The position numbers were made by a program, and so were the translations under genes. A DNA stretch of 64,000 bases from NCBI RefSeq assembly GCF_056746865.1, contig NZ_CM163382.1; one strand, written 5' to 3'. Under the pieces are notes generated by a model. The model saw nothing but the letters and a program-made list of their open reading frames with translations. It searched no databases and was not told the DNA's origin. Numbering within the stretch: the first letter of the stretch is position 1; the number at the start of each line of letters is the position of its first letter. Shown in pieces: positions 30,281 to 43,103 of the stretch.

Positions 30281-30651
30281 TTCCAGAACTCGCTAAGTGT
30301 AAACGATCCTGCCGCAGGGCGGGCACGATTTACGCCGCATATTGGAAAATTTAATGACCATAGACAAAAATTGGCTTAATCGATCTAATAAAGATCCAGG
30401 ACGATCCTTGCGCTTTACCCGTCAGCCCGTATAATCCTCCACCCGGCGCGCCATGCTGGTTTTCACTGGTGTGAGGCCGTACGTTTTCCCTGCGAAAAGG
30501 TGCGGAAAAGCGCGGTAAATAAGGAAAGAGAATTGACTCCGGAGTGTACAATTATTACAATCCGGCCTCTTTAATCACCCATGGCTTCGGTGTCCATCGT
30601 TTCATTTTTCGGCGGATATCCAATAAAGCCATTGAATTTATTCAAGTTTAG

Positions 30652-30804
<153 letters not shown>

Positions 30805-30820
30805 TAAAGCTAACCCCTGA

Positions 30821-31180
30821 GTGGTTAAGCTCGCATTTCCCAGGGAGTTACGCTTGTTAACTCCCAGTCAATTCACATTCGTCTTCCAGCAGCCACAACG
30901 GGCTGGCACGCCGCAAATTACCATTCTCGGCCGCCTGAATTCGCTGGGGCATCCCCGTATCGGTCTTACAGTCGCCAAGAAAAACGTTCGACGCGCCCAT
31001 GAACGCAATCGGATTAAACGTCTGACGCGTGAAAGCTTCCGTCTGCGCCAACATGAACTCCCGGCTATGGATTTCGTGGTGGTGGCGAAAAAAGGGGTTG
31101 CCGACCTCGATAACCGTGCTCTCTCGGAAGCGTTGGAAAAATTATGGCGCCGCCACTGTCGCCTGGCTCGCGGGTCCTGA
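30821..31180 (+). CDS. rnpA: RNase P protein component
   Basis: 119 aa, GTG start, basic protein immediately after rpmH. Confidence 0.9.
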
Positions 31181-31401
31181 TAGCCCTCATTCGGGTCTAT
31201 CAACGCCTGATTAGTCCGCTACTCGGGCCGCATTGTCGTTTCACTCCAACCTGTTCAAGCTACGGAATTGAGGCATTGCGCAGGTTTGGAGTGATAAAAG
31301 GCAGTTGGTTGACGGTGAAACGCGTATTAAAATGCCACCCTTTACACCCTGGTGGTGACGATCCCGTCCCGCCCGGACCATTTGATACCAGAGAACACTA
31401 A
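31144..31401 (+). CDS. yidD: membrane protein insertion efficiency factor
   Basis: 85 aa with [10 protein letters not shown] motif; overlaps rnpA 3' end. Confidence 0.85.
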
Positions 31402-31403
31402 CG

Positions 31404-33050
31404 ATGGATTCGCAACGCAATCTTTTAGTCATCGCTTTGCTGTTCGTGTCTTTCATGATCTGGCAAGCCTGGGAGCAGGATAAAAACCCGCAACCTCAGG
31501 CCCAACAGACCACGCAGACAACGACCACCGCAGCGGGTAGCGCCGCCGACCAGGGCGTACCGGCCAGTGGCCAGGGGAAACTGATCTCGGTTAAGACCGA
31601 CGTGCTTGATCTGACCATCAACACCCGTGGTGGTGATGTTGAGCAAGCTCTGCTGCCTGCTTACCCGAAAGAGCTGAACTCTACCCAGCCGTTCCAGCTG
31701 CTGGAAACTTCACCGCAGTTTATTTATCAGGCACAGAGCGGTCTGACCGGTCGTGATGGCCCGGATAACCCGGCTAACGGCCCGCGTCCGCTGTATAACG
31801 TTGAAAAGGACGCTTATGTGCTGGCTGAAGGTCAAAACGAACTGCAGGTGCCGATGACGTATACCGACGCGGCAGGCAACACGTTTACCAAAACGTTTGT
31901 CCTGAAACGTGGTGATTACGCTGTCAACGTCAACTACAACGTGCAGAACGCTGGCGAGAAACCGCTGGAGATCTCCACCTTTGGTCAGTTGAAGCAATCC
32001 ATCACTCTGCCACCGCATCTCGATACCGGAAGCAGCAACTTCGCACTGCACACCTTCCGCGGCGCGGCGTATTCCACGCCTGACGAGAAGTACGAGAAAT
32101 ACAAGTTCGATACCATTGCCGATAACGAAAACCTGAACATCTCTTCGAAAGGTGGTTGGGTGGCAATGCTGCAACAGTATTTCGCGACGGCGTGGATCCC
32201 GCATAACGACGGTACCAATAACTTCTATACCGCTAATCTGGGTAACGGCATCGCCGCTATCGGCTACAAGTCTCAGCCGGTACTGGTTCAGCCTGGTCAG
32301 ACTGGCGCGATGAACAGCACCCTGTGGGTTGGCCCGGAAATCCAGGACAAAATGGCAGCTGTTGCTCCGCACCTGGATCTGACCGTTGATTACGGTTGGT
32401 TGTGGTTCATCTCTCAGCCGCTGTTCAAACTGCTGAAATGGATCCATAGCTTTGTGGGTAACTGGGGCTTCTCCATTATCATCATCACCTTTATCGTTCG
32501 TGGCATCATGTACCCGCTGACCAAAGCGCAGTACACCTCCATGGCGAAGATGCGTATGCTGCAGCCGAAGATTCAGGCAATGCGTGAGCGTCTGGGCGAT
32601 GACAAACAGCGTATCAGTCAGGAAATGATGGCGCTGTACAAAGCTGAGAAGGTTAACCCGCTGGGCGGCTGCTTCCCACTGCTGATCCAGATGCCAATCT
32701 TCCTGGCGTTGTACTACATGCTGATGGGTTCCGTTGAACTGCGTCAGGCACCGTTTGCACTGTGGATCCACGACCTGTCTGCACAGGACCCGTACTACAT
32801 CCTGCCGATCCTGATGGGCGTAACGATGTTCTTCATTCAGAAGATGTCGCCGACCACCGTGACCGACCCGATGCAGCAGAAGATCATGACCTTTATGCCG
32901 GTCATCTTCACCGTGTTCTTCCTGTGGTTCCCGTCAGGTCTGGTGCTGTACTATATCGTCAGCAACCTGGTAACCATTATTCAGCAGCAGCTGATTTACC
33001 GTGGTCTGGAAAAACGTGGCCTGCATAGCCGCGAGAAGAAAAAATCCTGA
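31404..33050 (+). CDS. yidC: membrane protein insertase YidC
   Basis: 548 aa; N-terminal TM, large periplasmic domain, C-terminal 5-TM core. Confidence 0.95.
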
Positions 33051-33074
33051 TTCGGTGAGTTTTCGCTAAAATAA

Positions 33075-33100
33075 GGGCGGTCAGTTGACCGCCTTTTTTC
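33075..33100 (+). terminator. rho-independent terminator after yidC
   Basis: GGGCGGTCAGTTGACCGCC followed by TTTTTTC. Confidence 0.5.
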
Positions 33101-33155
33101 TTTTCGTAGGGCGGATAAGCACCGCGCATCCGCCACACAAAGCAACAGGAACATC

Positions 33156-34520
33156 ATGAGCGATAATGACACTATCGTAGCCCAGGCCACGCCTCCGGGA
33201 CGTGGCGGCGTTGGCATCCTGCGCATCTCCGGCCTCAAAGCCCGTGAAGTTGCCGAAACCGTGCTGGGTAAACTGCCTAAGCCGCGCTACGCCGATTATC
33301 TTCCGTTTAAAGACGCCGACGGCAGCGTGCTCGATCAGGGGATTGCGCTATGGTTCCCTGGCCCGAACTCGTTCACCGGCGAAGATGTGCTTGAACTGCA
33401 GGGTCATGGCGGTCCGGTGATCCTCGACCTGCTGTTAAAACGCATTCTGACCATTCCCGACCTGCGGATTGCCCGCCCTGGTGAGTTTTCCGAACGCGCG
33501 TTTCTTAACGATAAACTCGACTTAGCCCAGGCCGAGGCGATTGCGGATCTTATCGACGCCAGTTCGGAACAGGCGGCCCGTTCGGCACTTAACTCGCTGC
33601 AAGGCGCATTCTCCGCACGGGTCAACCATCTGGTGGAAGCCCTCACCCACTTGCGCATTTACGTCGAAGCGGCAATTGATTTCCCTGATGAAGAGATCGA
33701 TTTCCTCTCCGACGGCAAAATTGAAGCCCAGCTCAATGACGTGATTGCCGATCTTGATGCAGTGCGTGCTGAAGCACGTCAGGGTAGTTTGTTGCGCGAA
33801 GGGATGAAGGTGGTGATTGCCGGACGTCCTAACGCCGGTAAATCGAGCCTGTTAAACGCGCTGGCGGGCCGTGAAGCGGCAATCGTAACCGATATCGCCG
33901 GAACCACGCGTGACGTGCTGCGTGAGCATATCCACATTGACGGAATGCCGCTGCATATCATCGATACCGCCGGGCTACGTGAAGCCAGTGACGAAGTGGA
34001 ACGTATTGGTATCGAGCGCGCGTGGCAGGAAATTGAACAGGCCGACCGCGTGCTGTTTATGGTCGATGGCACCACGACAGACGCCGTTGATCCGGCAGAG
34101 ATCTGGCCGGAATTTATCGCCCGTCTGCCCGCCAAACTGCCGATCACCGTGGTACGCAATAAAGCCGATATAACCGGCGAAACGCTGGGAATGAGTGAAG
34201 TGAACGGCCATGCGTTGATTCGTCTCTCGGCAAGGACTGGCGAAGGCGTGGACGTGCTGCGTAACCATCTCAAACAGAGCATGGGCTTTGACACCAATAT
34301 GGAAGGCGGCTTCCTGGCGCGCCGTCGCCACTTACAGGCGCTGGAACAAGCGGCGGAACATCTACAACAGGGCAAAGCGCAACTGTTGGGAGCATGGGCG
34401 GGCGAACTGCTGGCGGAAGAGTTGCGCCTGGCGCAGCAGAACTTAAGCGAAATCACCGGGGAATTTACTTCAGACGACCTGCTTGGGCGGATTTTCTCCA
34501 GCTTCTGTATTGGTAAGTAA
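33156..34520 (+). CDS. mnmE: tRNA modification GTPase MnmE
   Basis: 454 aa, G-domain [15 protein letters not shown]-terminal CIGK. Confidence 0.9.
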   Translation: MSDNDTIVAQATPPGRGGVGILRISGLKAREVAETVLGKLPKPRYADYLPFKDADGSVLDQGIALWFPGPNSFTGEDVLELQGHGGPVILDLLLKRILTIPDLRIARPGEFSERAFLNDKLDLAQAEAIADLIDASSEQAARSALNSLQGAFSARVNHLVEALTHLRIYVEAAIDFPDEEIDFLSDGKIEAQLNDVIADLDAVRAEARQGSLLREGMKVVIAGRPNAGKSSLLNALAGREAAIVTDIAGTTRDVLREHIHIDGMPLHIIDTAGLREASDEVERIGIERAWQEIEQADRVLFMVDGTTTDAVDPAEIWPEFIARLPAKLPITVVRNKADITGETLGMSEVNGHALIRLSARTGEGVDVLRNHLKQSMGFDTNMEGGFLARRRHLQALEQAAEHLQQGKAQLLGAWAGELLAEELRLAQQNLSEITGEFTSDDLLGRIFSSFCIGK

Positions 34521-34761
34521 CTGCGCTTACGAAGCCGTATTCTGACTGTCAGATGCGGCTTCGCTTCATTGTTAGCACTCCTGTTATGCCTCACCCCTTT
34601 TTTAAACATTAAAATTCTTACGTAATTTATAATCTTAAAAAAAAACATTTAATATTGCTCCCCGAACGATTGTGATTCGATTCACATTTAAACAATTTCA
34701 GAATAGACAAAAATTCTGAGTGTAATAATGTAGCCTCGTGTCTTTCGAGGATAAGTGCATT

Positions 34762-34836
34762 ATGAATATCTTACATATATGTGTGACCTCAAAATGGTTC
34801 AATATTGACAATAAGATTGTCGATCATCGCCCTTGA
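34762..34836 (+). CDS. tnaC: tryptophanase operon leader peptide TnaC
   Basis: 24-codon ORF MNILHICVTSKWFNIDNKIVDHRP with Trp12 and Pro24 followed by UGA; read directly from sequence. Confidence 0.9.
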   Translation: MNILHICVTSKWFNIDNKIVDHRP

Positions 34837-35056
34837 TTTGCCCTTCTGTAGCCATCACCAGAGCCAAACCGATTAGATTCAATGTGATCTATTTGTTTGC
34901 TATATCTTAATTTTGCCTTTTGCAAAGGCCATCTCTCGTTTATTTACTTGTTTTAGTAAATGATGGTACTTACATATATATCTGGCGAATTAATCGGTAT
35001 AGCAGATGTAATATTCACAGGGATCACTGTAATTAAAATAAATGAAGGATTATGTA
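34837..35056 (+). promoter_or_regulatory. tna leader spacer (Rho-dependent attenuation region between tnaC and tnaA)
   Basis: about 220-nt untranslated spacer immediately after tnaC stop, as in the known tna attenuation mechanism; rut and boxA sites not individually mapped. Confidence 0.55.
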
Positions 35057-36472
35057 ATGGAAAACTTTAAACATCTCCCTGAACCGTTCCGGATTCGTGT
35101 TATTGAGCCAGTAAAACGTACCACTCGCGCTTATCGTGAAGAGGCAATTATTAAATCCGGTATGAACCCGTTCCTGCTGGATAGCGAAGATGTGTTTATC
35201 GATTTACTGACCGACAGCGGCACCGGGGCGGTGACGCAGAGCATGCAGGCCGCGATGATGCGCGGCGACGAAGCTTACAGCGGCAGCCGCAGCTACTATG
35301 CGTTAGCCGAGTCAGTAAAAAATATCTTTGGTTATCAATACACTATTCCGACTCACCAGGGCCGTGGTGCAGAACAAATCTATATTCCGGTACTGATTAA
35401 AAAACGCGAGCAGGAAAAAGGCCTGGATCGCAGCAAAATGGTGGCGTTCTCAAACTATTTCTTTGATACCACGCAGGGCCATAGCCAGATTAACGGCTGT
35501 ACCGTGCGTAACGTCTATATCAAAGAAGCCTTCGATACGGGCGTGCGTTACGACTTTAAAGGCAACTTTGACCTCGAAGGATTAGAGCGCGGCATTGAAG
35601 AAGTTGGCCCGAATAACGTGCCGTATATCGTTGCAACCATCACCAGTAACTCCGCAGGCGGTCAGCCGGTTTCACTGGCAAACTTAAAAGCGATGTACAG
35701 CATCGCGAAGAAATACGATATTCCGGTGGTAATGGACTCCGCACGCTTTGCTGAAAACGCCTATTTCATCAAGCAGCGTGAAGCAGAATATAAAGACTGG
35801 ACCATCGAGCAGATCACCCGCGAAACCTACAAATATGCCGATATGCTGGCGATGTCCGCCAAGAAAGATGCGATGGTGCCGATGGGCGGCTTGCTGTGCA
35901 TGAAAGACGACAGCTTCTTTGATGTGTACACCGAATGCAGAACCCTTTGTGTGGTGCAGGAAGGCTTCCCGACATATGGTGGTCTGGAAGGCGGCGCGAT
36001 GGAGCGTCTGGCGGTAGGTCTGTATGACGGCATGAATCTGGACTGGCTGGCTTATCGTATCGCGCAGGTGCAGTATCTGGTCGATGGTCTGGAAGAGATT
36101 GGCGTTGTCTGCCAGCAGGCGGGCGGTCACGCGGCATTCGTTGATGCCGGTAAACTGCTGCCGCATATCCCGGCAGACCAGTTCCCGGCACAGGCGCTGG
36201 CCTGCGAGCTGTATAAAGTCGCCGGTATCCGTGCGGTAGAAATTGGCTCTTTCCTGTTAGGCCGCGATCCGAAAACCGGTAAACAACTGCCATGCCCGGC
36301 TGAACTGCTGCGTTTAACCATTCCGCGTGCAACATATACTCAAACACATATGGACTTCATTATTGAAGCCTTTAAACATGTGAAAGAGAACGCGGCGAAT
36401 ATTAAAGGGTTAACCTTTACCTACGAACCGAAAGTATTGCGTCACTTCACCGCAAAACTGAAAGAAGTTTAA
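35057..36472 (+). CDS. tnaA: tryptophanase
   Basis: 471 aa from [23 protein letters not shown]. Confidence 0.95.
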
Positions 36473-36562
36473 TTAATACTACAGAGTGGCTATAAGGATG
36501 TTAGCCACTCTCTTACCCTACATCCTCAATAACAAAAATAGCCTTCCTCTAAAGGTGGCATC

Positions 36563-37810
36563 ATGACTGATCAAGCTGAAAAAAAACACTCTGCATTTTG
36601 GGGTGTTATGGTTATAGCAGGTACAGTAATTGGTGGAGGTATGTTTGCTTTACCTGTTGATCTTGCCGGTGCCTGGTTTTTCTGGGGTGCCTTTATCCTT
36701 ATCATTGCCTGGTTTTCAATGCTTCATTCCGGGTTGTTGTTATTAGAAGCAAATTTAAATTATCCCGTCGGCTCCAGTTTTAACACCATCACCAAAGATT
36801 TAATCGGTAACACCTGGAACATTATCAGCGGTATTACCGTTGCCTTCGTTCTCTATATCCTCACTTATGCCTATATCTCTGCTAATGGTGCGATCATTAG
36901 TGAAACGATATCAATGAATTTGGGTTATCACGCTAATCCACGTATTGTCGGGATCTGCACAGCCATTTTCGTTGCCAGCGTATTGTGGATAAGCTCGTTA
37001 GCCGCCAGTCGTATTACCTCGTTGTTCCTCGGGTTGAAGATTATCTCCTTTGTGATCGTGTTTGGTTCTTTCTTCTTCCAGGTCGATTATTCCATTCTGC
37101 GCGATGCCACCAGCACCACTGCGGGAACGTCTTACTCCCCGTATATCTTTATGGCTTTGCCGGTGTGTCTGGCGTCATTTGGTTTCCACGGCAATATTCC
37201 CAGCCTGATTATTTGCTATGGCAAACGCAAAGATAAGTTAATCAAAAGCGTGGTATTTGGTTCGCTGCTGGCGCTGGTGATTTATCTCTTCTGGCTCTAT
37301 TGCACGATGGGGAATATCCCGCGAGAAAGCTTTAAGGCGATAATCTCCTCAGGCGGCAACGTTGATTCGCTGGTCAAATCGTTCCTCGGCACCAAACAGC
37401 ACGGCATTATCGAGTTTTGCCTGCTGGTGTTCTCCAACTTAGCTGTTGCCAGTTCCTTCTTTGGTGTCACGCTGGGGTTGTTCGATTATCTGGCGGATCT
37501 GTTTAAGATTGATAACTCCCACGGCGGGCGTTTCAAAACCGTGCTGTTAACCTTCCTGCCACCTGCGTTGTTGTATCTGATCTTCCCGAACGGCTTCATT
37601 TACGGGATCGGCGGTGCCGGACTGTGTGCCACCATCTGGGCGGTCATTATCCCCGCGGTGCTGGCAATCAAAGCTCGCAAGAAGTTTCCCAATCAGATGT
37701 TCACGGTCTGGGGCGGCAATCTTATTCCGGCGATTGTCATTCTCTTTGGTATAACCGTAATTTTATGCTGGTTCGGTAACGTCTTTAACGTGTTACCTAA
37801 ATTTGGCTGA
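36563..37810 (+). CDS. tnaB: low-affinity tryptophan permease
   Basis: 415 aa aromatic amino acid permease-type membrane protein directly after tnaA. Confidence 0.9.
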   Translation: MTDQAEKKHSAFWGVMVIAGTVIGGGMFALPVDLAGAWFFWGAFILIIAWFSMLHSGLLLLEANLNYPVGSSFNTITKDLIGNTWNIISGITVAFVLYILTYAYISANGAIISETISMNLGYHANPRIVGICTAIFVASVLWISSLAASRITSLFLGLKIISFVIVFGSFFFQVDYSILRDATSTTAGTSYSPYIFMALPVCLASFGFHGNIPSLIICYGKRKDKLIKSVVFGSLLALVIYLFWLYCTMGNIPRESFKAIISSGGNVDSLVKSFLGTKQHGIIEFCLLVFSNLAVASSFFGVTLGLFDYLADLFKIDNSHGGRFKTVLLTFLPPALLYLIFPNGFIYGIGGAGLCATIWAVIIPAVLAIKARKKFPNQMFTVWGGNLIPAIVILFGITVILCWFGNVFNVLPKFG

Positions 37811-37820
37811 TCCCTTCAAG

Positions 37821-37846
37821 AAGCCAGCCATTTCGCTGGCTTATTG
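37821..37846 (+). terminator. hairpin terminator after tnaB
   Basis: AAGCCAGCCATTTCGCTGGCTT followed by T-rich tract. Confidence 0.5.
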
Positions 37847-37942
37847 CCTGTCAGGAAATCACTTATGTCCAAATGGCAACTCGCCTGATTCTCCTTCACC
37901 ACGTATGCTTTGCGTCACCTTACTATCAGGACGCTTTAGCCC

Positions 37943-39118
37943 ATGTCCCGCTTTTTGATTTGTAGTTTTGCCCTGGTTTTACTTTATCCCGCCGGGATTG
38001 ATATGTACCTCGTTGGTTTACCGCGCATCGCCGCCGATCTCAATGCCAGCGAAGCGCAGTTGCATATTGCGTTCTCCGTTTATCTGGCGGGCATGGCAGC
38101 TGCGATGTTATTTGCCGGTAAAGTGGCCGATCGTTCAGGGAGAAAGCCTGTCGCCATACCCGGCGCGGCGCTATTTATTATCGCCTCGGTGTTCTGTTCA
38201 CTGGCTGAAACCAGCACGTTATTTCTTGCAGGGCGCTTTCTACAGGGGCTGGGCGCGGGCTGTTGTTACGTGGTTGCGTTCGCCATTTTACGCGACACAC
38301 TGGATGATCGACGTCGGGCTAAAGTGCTGTCGTTACTCAACGGCATTACCTGCATCATTCCGGTGTTAGCGCCAGTGCTCGGACACCTGATTATGCTTAA
38401 ATTCCCGTGGCAGAGTCTGTTCTGGACGATGGCAACGATGGGCATCGCGGTACTGATGTTGTCTTTGTTTATTTTAAAAGAAACGCGCCCTGCGGCCCCC
38501 ACAAATTCGGACAAACCACGAGAAAATAGCGAGTCGCTGCTTAACCGGTTTTTCCTCAGCCGTGTTGTTATCACCACCCTCAGCGTTTCGGTGATCCTCA
38601 CCTTCGTCAACACGTCGCCGGTATTGCTGATGGAAATCATGGGTTTTGAGCGCGGAGAATACGCCACCATTATGGCGTTGACCGCTGGCGTCAGCATGAC
38701 CGTTTCATTCTCCACGCCATTTGCGCTGGGAATTTTTAAGCCACGTACGTTGATGATCACCTCGCAGGTATTATTCCTGGCGGCGGGCATCACCCTTGCC
38801 GTTTCACCTTCCCATGCGGTTTCTCTGTTTGGTATCACGCTGATTTGCGCCGGTTTCTCGGTAGGTTTTGGCGTAGCGATGAGTCAGGCGTTAGGGCCGT
38901 TTTCATTACGCGCGGGCGTAGCCAGCTCGACCTTAGGTATTGCGCAGGTTTGCGGTTCGTCACTGTGGATTTGGCTGGCAGCGGTGGTTGGTATCGGCGC
39001 ATGGAATATGCTGATCGGGATTCTGATTGCCTGTAGCATAGTGAGCCTGTTGCTGATTATGTTCGTCGCGCCTGGACGCCCGGTTGCCGCTCATGAAGAA
39101 ATCCATCACCACGCTTGA
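37943..39118 (+). CDS. mdtL: MFS multidrug efflux transporter
   Basis: 391 aa 12-TM MFS protein; synteny tnaB-mdtL-yidZ. Confidence 0.8.
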   Translation: MSRFLICSFALVLLYPAGIDMYLVGLPRIAADLNASEAQLHIAFSVYLAGMAAAMLFAGKVADRSGRKPVAIPGAALFIIASVFCSLAETSTLFLAGRFLQGLGAGCCYVVAFAILRDTLDDRRRAKVLSLLNGITCIIPVLAPVLGHLIMLKFPWQSLFWTMATMGIAVLMLSLFILKETRPAAPTNSDKPRENSESLLNRFFLSRVVITTLSVSVILTFVNTSPVLLMEIMGFERGEYATIMALTAGVSMTVSFSTPFALGIFKPRTLMITSQVLFLAAGITLAVSPSHAVSLFGITLICAGFSVGFGVAMSQALGPFSLRAGVASSTLGIAQVCGSSLWIWLAAVVGIGAWNMLIGILIACSIVSLLLIMFVAPGRPVAAHEEIHHHA

Positions 39119-40052
39119 TCTCAATCTGCTGCTCTGTCTGCAACTGCTGATGCAGGAGCGCAGCGTGACCAAAGCGGCGAAGCGGATGAACGTGACCCCT
39201 TCGGCGGTGAGTAAGTCGCTGGCAAAGTTAAGAGCGTGGTTTGACGACCCGCTCTTTGTGAACTCACCGCTGGGGCTGTCGCCCACACCGCTAATGGTCA
39301 GCATGGAGCAAAATCTGGCGGAGTGGATGCAAATGAGCAACCTGCTGCTGGATAAACCGCATCACCAAACACCGCGCGGCCTGAAGTTTGAGCTGGCGGC
39401 GGAATCGCCGCTGATGATGATCATGCTTAATGCGCTGTCGAAACGGATCTACCAACGTTACCCGCAGGCGACCATCAAATTACGTAACTGGGATTACGAT
39501 TCCTTAGATGCCATTACTCGTGGTGAAGTGGATATTGGTTTTTCCGGTCGCGAAAGTCATCCCCGTTCGCGGGAGCTGTTAAGCTCGCTACCGTTAGCCA
39601 TTGATTATGAAGTGCTGTTTAGTGATGTGCCCTGCGTCTGGTTACGCAAAGATCATCCGGCACTGCATGAAACGTGGAATCTGGACACCTTTTTACGTTA
39701 TCCGCATATCAGCATTTGCTGGGAACAGAGCGATACCTGGGCGCTGGACAATGTGTTACAGGAGCTGGGGCGCGAACGTACGATTGCAATGAGCCTGCCG
39801 GAATTCGAGCAGTCACTGTTTATGGCAGCACAGCCCGACAATCTGCTACTGGCGACCGCACCGCGCTACTGTCAGTACTACAATCAACTCCACCAACTGC
39901 CGTTGGTTGCTCTTCCTCTCCCGTTTGACGAAAGCCAGCAAAAAAAGCTGGAAGTCCCTTTTACCCTGCTGTGGCATAAACGGAACAGCCATAATCCGAA
40001 GATCGTCTGGTTACGGGAAACCATTAAACATCTTTACGCGTCGATGGCATAA
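39093..40052 (+). CDS. yidZ: LysR-family transcriptional regulator
   Basis: start at [13 protein letters not shown], 319 aa; LysR HTH; overlaps mdtL 3' end. Confidence 0.75.
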   Translation: MKKSITTLDLNLLLCLQLLMQERSVTKAAKRMNVTPSAVSKSLAKLRAWFDDPLFVNSPLGLSPTPLMVSMEQNLAEWMQMSNLLLDKPHHQTPRGLKFELAAESPLMMIMLNALSKRIYQRYPQATIKLRNWDYDSLDAITRGEVDIGFSGRESHPRSRELLSSLPLAIDYEVLFSDVPCVWLRKDHPALHETWNLDTFLRYPHISICWEQSDTWALDNVLQELGRERTIAMSLPEFEQSLFMAAQPDNLLLATAPRYCQYYNQLHQLPLVALPLPFDESQQKKLEVPFTLLWHKRNSHNPKIVWLRETIKHLYASMA

Positions 40053-40196
40053 CCGAATCGTATGAAACGCGACCCAATTTCACAATAAAATGTAAAAAAG
40101 TTGTAATAAGCTTGTCTGAATCGAACTTTTAGCCGCTTTAGTCTGTCCATCATTCCAGTAAATGATTACTCTTGTATTCATAATGGACCATTAAGC

Positions 40197-40958
40197 ATGG
40201 AGCGAAAAATGGCGACTCACTTTGCCCGAGGGATTTTAACGGAAGGACATCTGATTTCTGTTCGTCTCCCCTCCCATTGTCATCAAGAAGCCCGAAACAT
40301 TCCCCCTCATCGTCAAAGCCGTTTTCTGGCGTCCAGAGGTTTACTCGCAGAACTGATGTTCATGCTGTATGGCATTGGCGAATTGCCGGAAATCGTCACC
40401 CTGCCGAAAGGTAAACCGGTTTTCAGCGATAAAAATTTGCCTTCGTTTTCTATTTCCTATGCCGGGAATATGGTTGGCGTGGCGTTAACAACCGAAGGTG
40501 AATGTGGCCTCGATATGGAACTACAGCGTGCGACGCGCGGGTTTCATAGCCCACACGCGCCCGATAACCACACCTTTTCCAGCAATGAATCGCTATGGAT
40601 CAGTAAACAAAATGATCCAAACGAAGCGCGGGCGCAGCTCATCACGCTGCGCCGAAGCGTGCTAAAACTAACCGGTGATGTTTTGAATGACGATCCGCGC
40701 GATCTGCAGCTGCTGCCCATTGCCGGACGCCTGAAATGTGCTCATGTAAATCATGTAGAAGCGTTATGCGACGCGGAGGACGTGCTGGTGTGGTCCGTGG
40801 CGGTCACGCCCACGATTGAAAAGCTCAGTGTCTGGGAGTTAGATGGCAAACACGGCTGGAAAAGCCTGCCCGATATTCACAGCCGCGCCAACAATCCTAC
40901 CAGCCGGATGATGCGTTTTGCCCAGCTCTCTACCGTGAAGGCTTTTTCGCCAAATTGA
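40197..40958 (+). CDS. yieE: putative phosphopantetheinyl transferase-like protein
   Basis: 253 aa ORF; synteny. Confidence 0.65.
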   Translation: MERKMATHFARGILTEGHLISVRLPSHCHQEARNIPPHRQSRFLASRGLLAELMFMLYGIGELPEIVTLPKGKPVFSDKNLPSFSISYAGNMVGVALTTEGECGLDMELQRATRGFHSPHAPDNHTFSSNESLWISKQNDPNEARAQLITLRRSVLKLTGDVLNDDPRDLQLLPIAGRLKCAHVNHVEALCDAEDVLVWSVAVTPTIEKLSVWELDGKHGWKSLPDIHSRANNPTSRMMRFAQLSTVKAFSPN

Positions 40959-40979
40959 TAGACAACCACAGGAGTCATC

Positions 40980-41546
40980 ATGTCTGAAAAATTGCAGGTG
41001 GTTACGTTACTGGGGAGCCTGCGCAAAGGCTCATTTAATGGCATGGTTGCACGTACCCTGCCGAAAATTGCTCCGGCGAGCATGGAAGTCAATGCGTTAC
41101 CTTCCATTGCCGACATTCCCTTGTATGACGCTGACGTACAGCAGGAAGAAGGTTTTCCAGCAACGGTTGAAGCTCTGGCGGAACAGATCCGTCAGGCTGA
41201 CGGTGTGGTGATCGTCACGCCGGAATATAACTACTCGGTACCGGGTGGGCTGAAAAATGCCATCGACTGGCTTTCCCGCCTGCCGGATCAACCTCTGGCC
41301 GGTAAACCGGTGTTGATTCAGACCAGCTCAATGGGCGTGATTGGCGGCGCGCGCTGTCAGTATCACCTGCGCCAGATTCTGGTTTTCCTCGATGCAATGG
41401 TGATGAACAAGCCGGAATTTATGGGCGGCGTGATTCAGAACAAAGTTGATCCGCAAACCGGAGAAGTGATTGATCAGGGTACGCTGGACCACCTGACCGG
41501 GCAATTAACCGCATTTGGTGAGTTTATTCAGCGAGTTAAGATCTAA
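40980..41546 (+). CDS. chrR: NAD(P)H-dependent FMN reductase / chromate reductase
   Basis: 188 aa flavodoxin-like; LLGSLRKGSFN motif. Confidence 0.8.
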   Translation: MSEKLQVVTLLGSLRKGSFNGMVARTLPKIAPASMEVNALPSIADIPLYDADVQQEEGFPATVEALAEQIRQADGVVIVTPEYNYSVPGGLKNAIDWLSRLPDQPLAGKPVLIQTSSMGVIGGARCQYHLRQILVFLDAMVMNKPEFMGGVIQNKVDPQTGEVIDQGTLDHLTGQLTAFGEFIQRVKI

Positions 41547-41550
41547 ATAA

Positions 41551-41584
41551 AAAACCCGCCAGCAATCATGCATGGCGGGTTTTT
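41551..41584. terminator. bidirectional rho-independent terminator between convergent chrR and adeP
   Basis: AAAAACCCGCCAGCAATCATGCATGGCGGGTTTTT: stem flanked by A-run and T-run. Confidence 0.7.
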
Positions 41585-41599
41585 AACGCGCTATCGATT

Positions 41600-42937
41600 T
41601 TAGTGAGCGTCGATAAACACAATCTTCAGGATAAACAGCAGCGCAACGATGATTACGCACGGGCTTAGATCACGCAGACGTCCGGTACCGATTTTCATCA
41701 CGCAGTAGGAGATAAAGCCCAGCGCAATACCTTCGGTAATCGAGAAGCTGAACGGCATCATCACAGCGGTAATAAACGCCGGAACAGATTCAGTAAGATC
41801 CTGCCAGTTCACGCGAGCAAGACTTGAGGTCATCAACACGCCAACGTAAATCAGCGCGCCAGCTGCGGCATATCCCGGCACCATTCCCGCCAGCGGCGAC
41901 AGGAAGATAACCAGCAGGAACAGCAGACCGACAACCACTGCCGTCAGACCGGTACGACCGCCAACGGAAACGCCGGAAGAGGACTCAATATACGCCGTAA
42001 CAGAAGAAGTCCCGATAAACGAACCGGTCACCGAAGAGATACTGTCGACATACAGCGCCTGCTTCATGCGCGGGAATTTACCTTTCTCATCCGCCAGACC
42101 TGCTTTATCGGTCACGCCAATCAGCGTACCGGAGGAGTCAAACAGGTTGACCAGCATGAAAGAGAAAATCACACCTGCCAGCCCGAGGTTAAACGACCCG
42201 GCTAAATCTACATGACCCACGACTGTCATTACGCTCGGCGGCGCAGAAACGATGCCATTGTAGTGGACATCACCCAACATCCAGCCCAGCAGCGTCGTCA
42301 CCACGATGGAAACCAGCACCGCCGCGTGAATGTTGCGCGAGGCCAGAATGGCGATGATGAAGAAGCCGAGGATCCCCAGCAGCACGCTGTGAGAAGTCAG
42401 ATTACCGATGCTCACCAGCGTTTCCGGGTTAGCGACAATCACACCTGCGTTTTTCAGCCCCATCATGCCAATAAACAGACCGATACCACTGGTGATGCCC
42501 ACACGTAGACTTACCGGAATGTTGGCTATCATCCAGTAGCGAACGCGGAATATCGTCAGTAACAGCAGACCAATCGCACCCCAGAAGATTGCGCCCATCC
42601 CGACTTGCCACGGCAAGCCCATCGCCTGTACAACGACAAAAGCGAAGAACGCATTCAGGCCCATTGCCGGTGCCAGCGCAACTGGCAGATTAGCAAACAG
42701 CCCCATCATAATACTGCCGAATGCAGCAATCAGACAGGTAGTAACGAAGACGGCGCTGGTATCCATGCCAGCAACGCCAAGAATTTGCGGGTTAACAAAA
42801 ACGATGTAAACCATCGTCAGGAAGGTGGTAAAACCGGCGATCACTTCGGTCCGTGCCGTCGTGCCATGTTCGCGCAGTTTAAACACGCGTTCCAGCATCC
42901 CCTGGCCAGAAGCCTGGGTTGTGTGTTGTTGACTCAT
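41600..42937 (-). CDS. adeP: adenine permease (NCS2 family)
   Basis: 445 aa polytopic membrane protein. Confidence 0.85.
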   Translation of the reverse strand: MSQQHTTQASGQGMLERVFKLREHGTTARTEVIAGFTTFLTMVYIVFVNPQILGVAGMDTSAVFVTTCLIAAFGSIMMGLFANLPVALAPAMGLNAFFAFVVVQAMGLPWQVGMGAIFWGAIGLLLLTIFRVRYWMIANIPVSLRVGITSGIGLFIGMMGLKNAGVIVANPETLVSIGNLTSHSVLLGILGFFIIAILASRNIHAAVLVSIVVTTLLGWMLGDVHYNGIVSAPPSVMTVVGHVDLAGSFNLGLAGVIFSFMLVNLFDSSGTLIGVTDKAGLADEKGKFPRMKQALYVDSISSVTGSFIGTSSVTAYIESSSGVSVGGRTGLTAVVVGLLFLLVIFLSPLAGMVPGYAAAGALIYVGVLMTSSLARVNWQDLTESVPAFITAVMMPFSFSITEGIALGFISYCVMKIGTGRLRDLSPCVIIVALLFILKIVFIDAH

Positions 42938-43103
42938 TATCTATTTCCGAACAAGGAGGGAAAATCCGTCGCTATCGTATACCAAAATGAGACAATATGG
43001 ACGGCTGAAGATAACTTTTTTTCATTGTATTTGCTTATACGGCAACGATTGCGTCATGCGATTTGGCATGACGAAAACGTTAAACTAACGATAAAGGAAA
43101 GAC

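Noticed and set aside
31710-32771. 353-aa ORF antisense to yidC; similar long antisense ORFs at 33779-34648 (inside mnmE), 24747-25250 and 25605-26507 (inside gyrB), 54576-55334 (inside pstC), 62867-63400 (inside glmS)
   Set aside because: They lie wholly inside strongly supported conserved genes on the opposite strand, have low-complexity Arg/His/Gln-rich composition, and are the usual stop-codon-poor antisense frames of GC-biased coding DNA.
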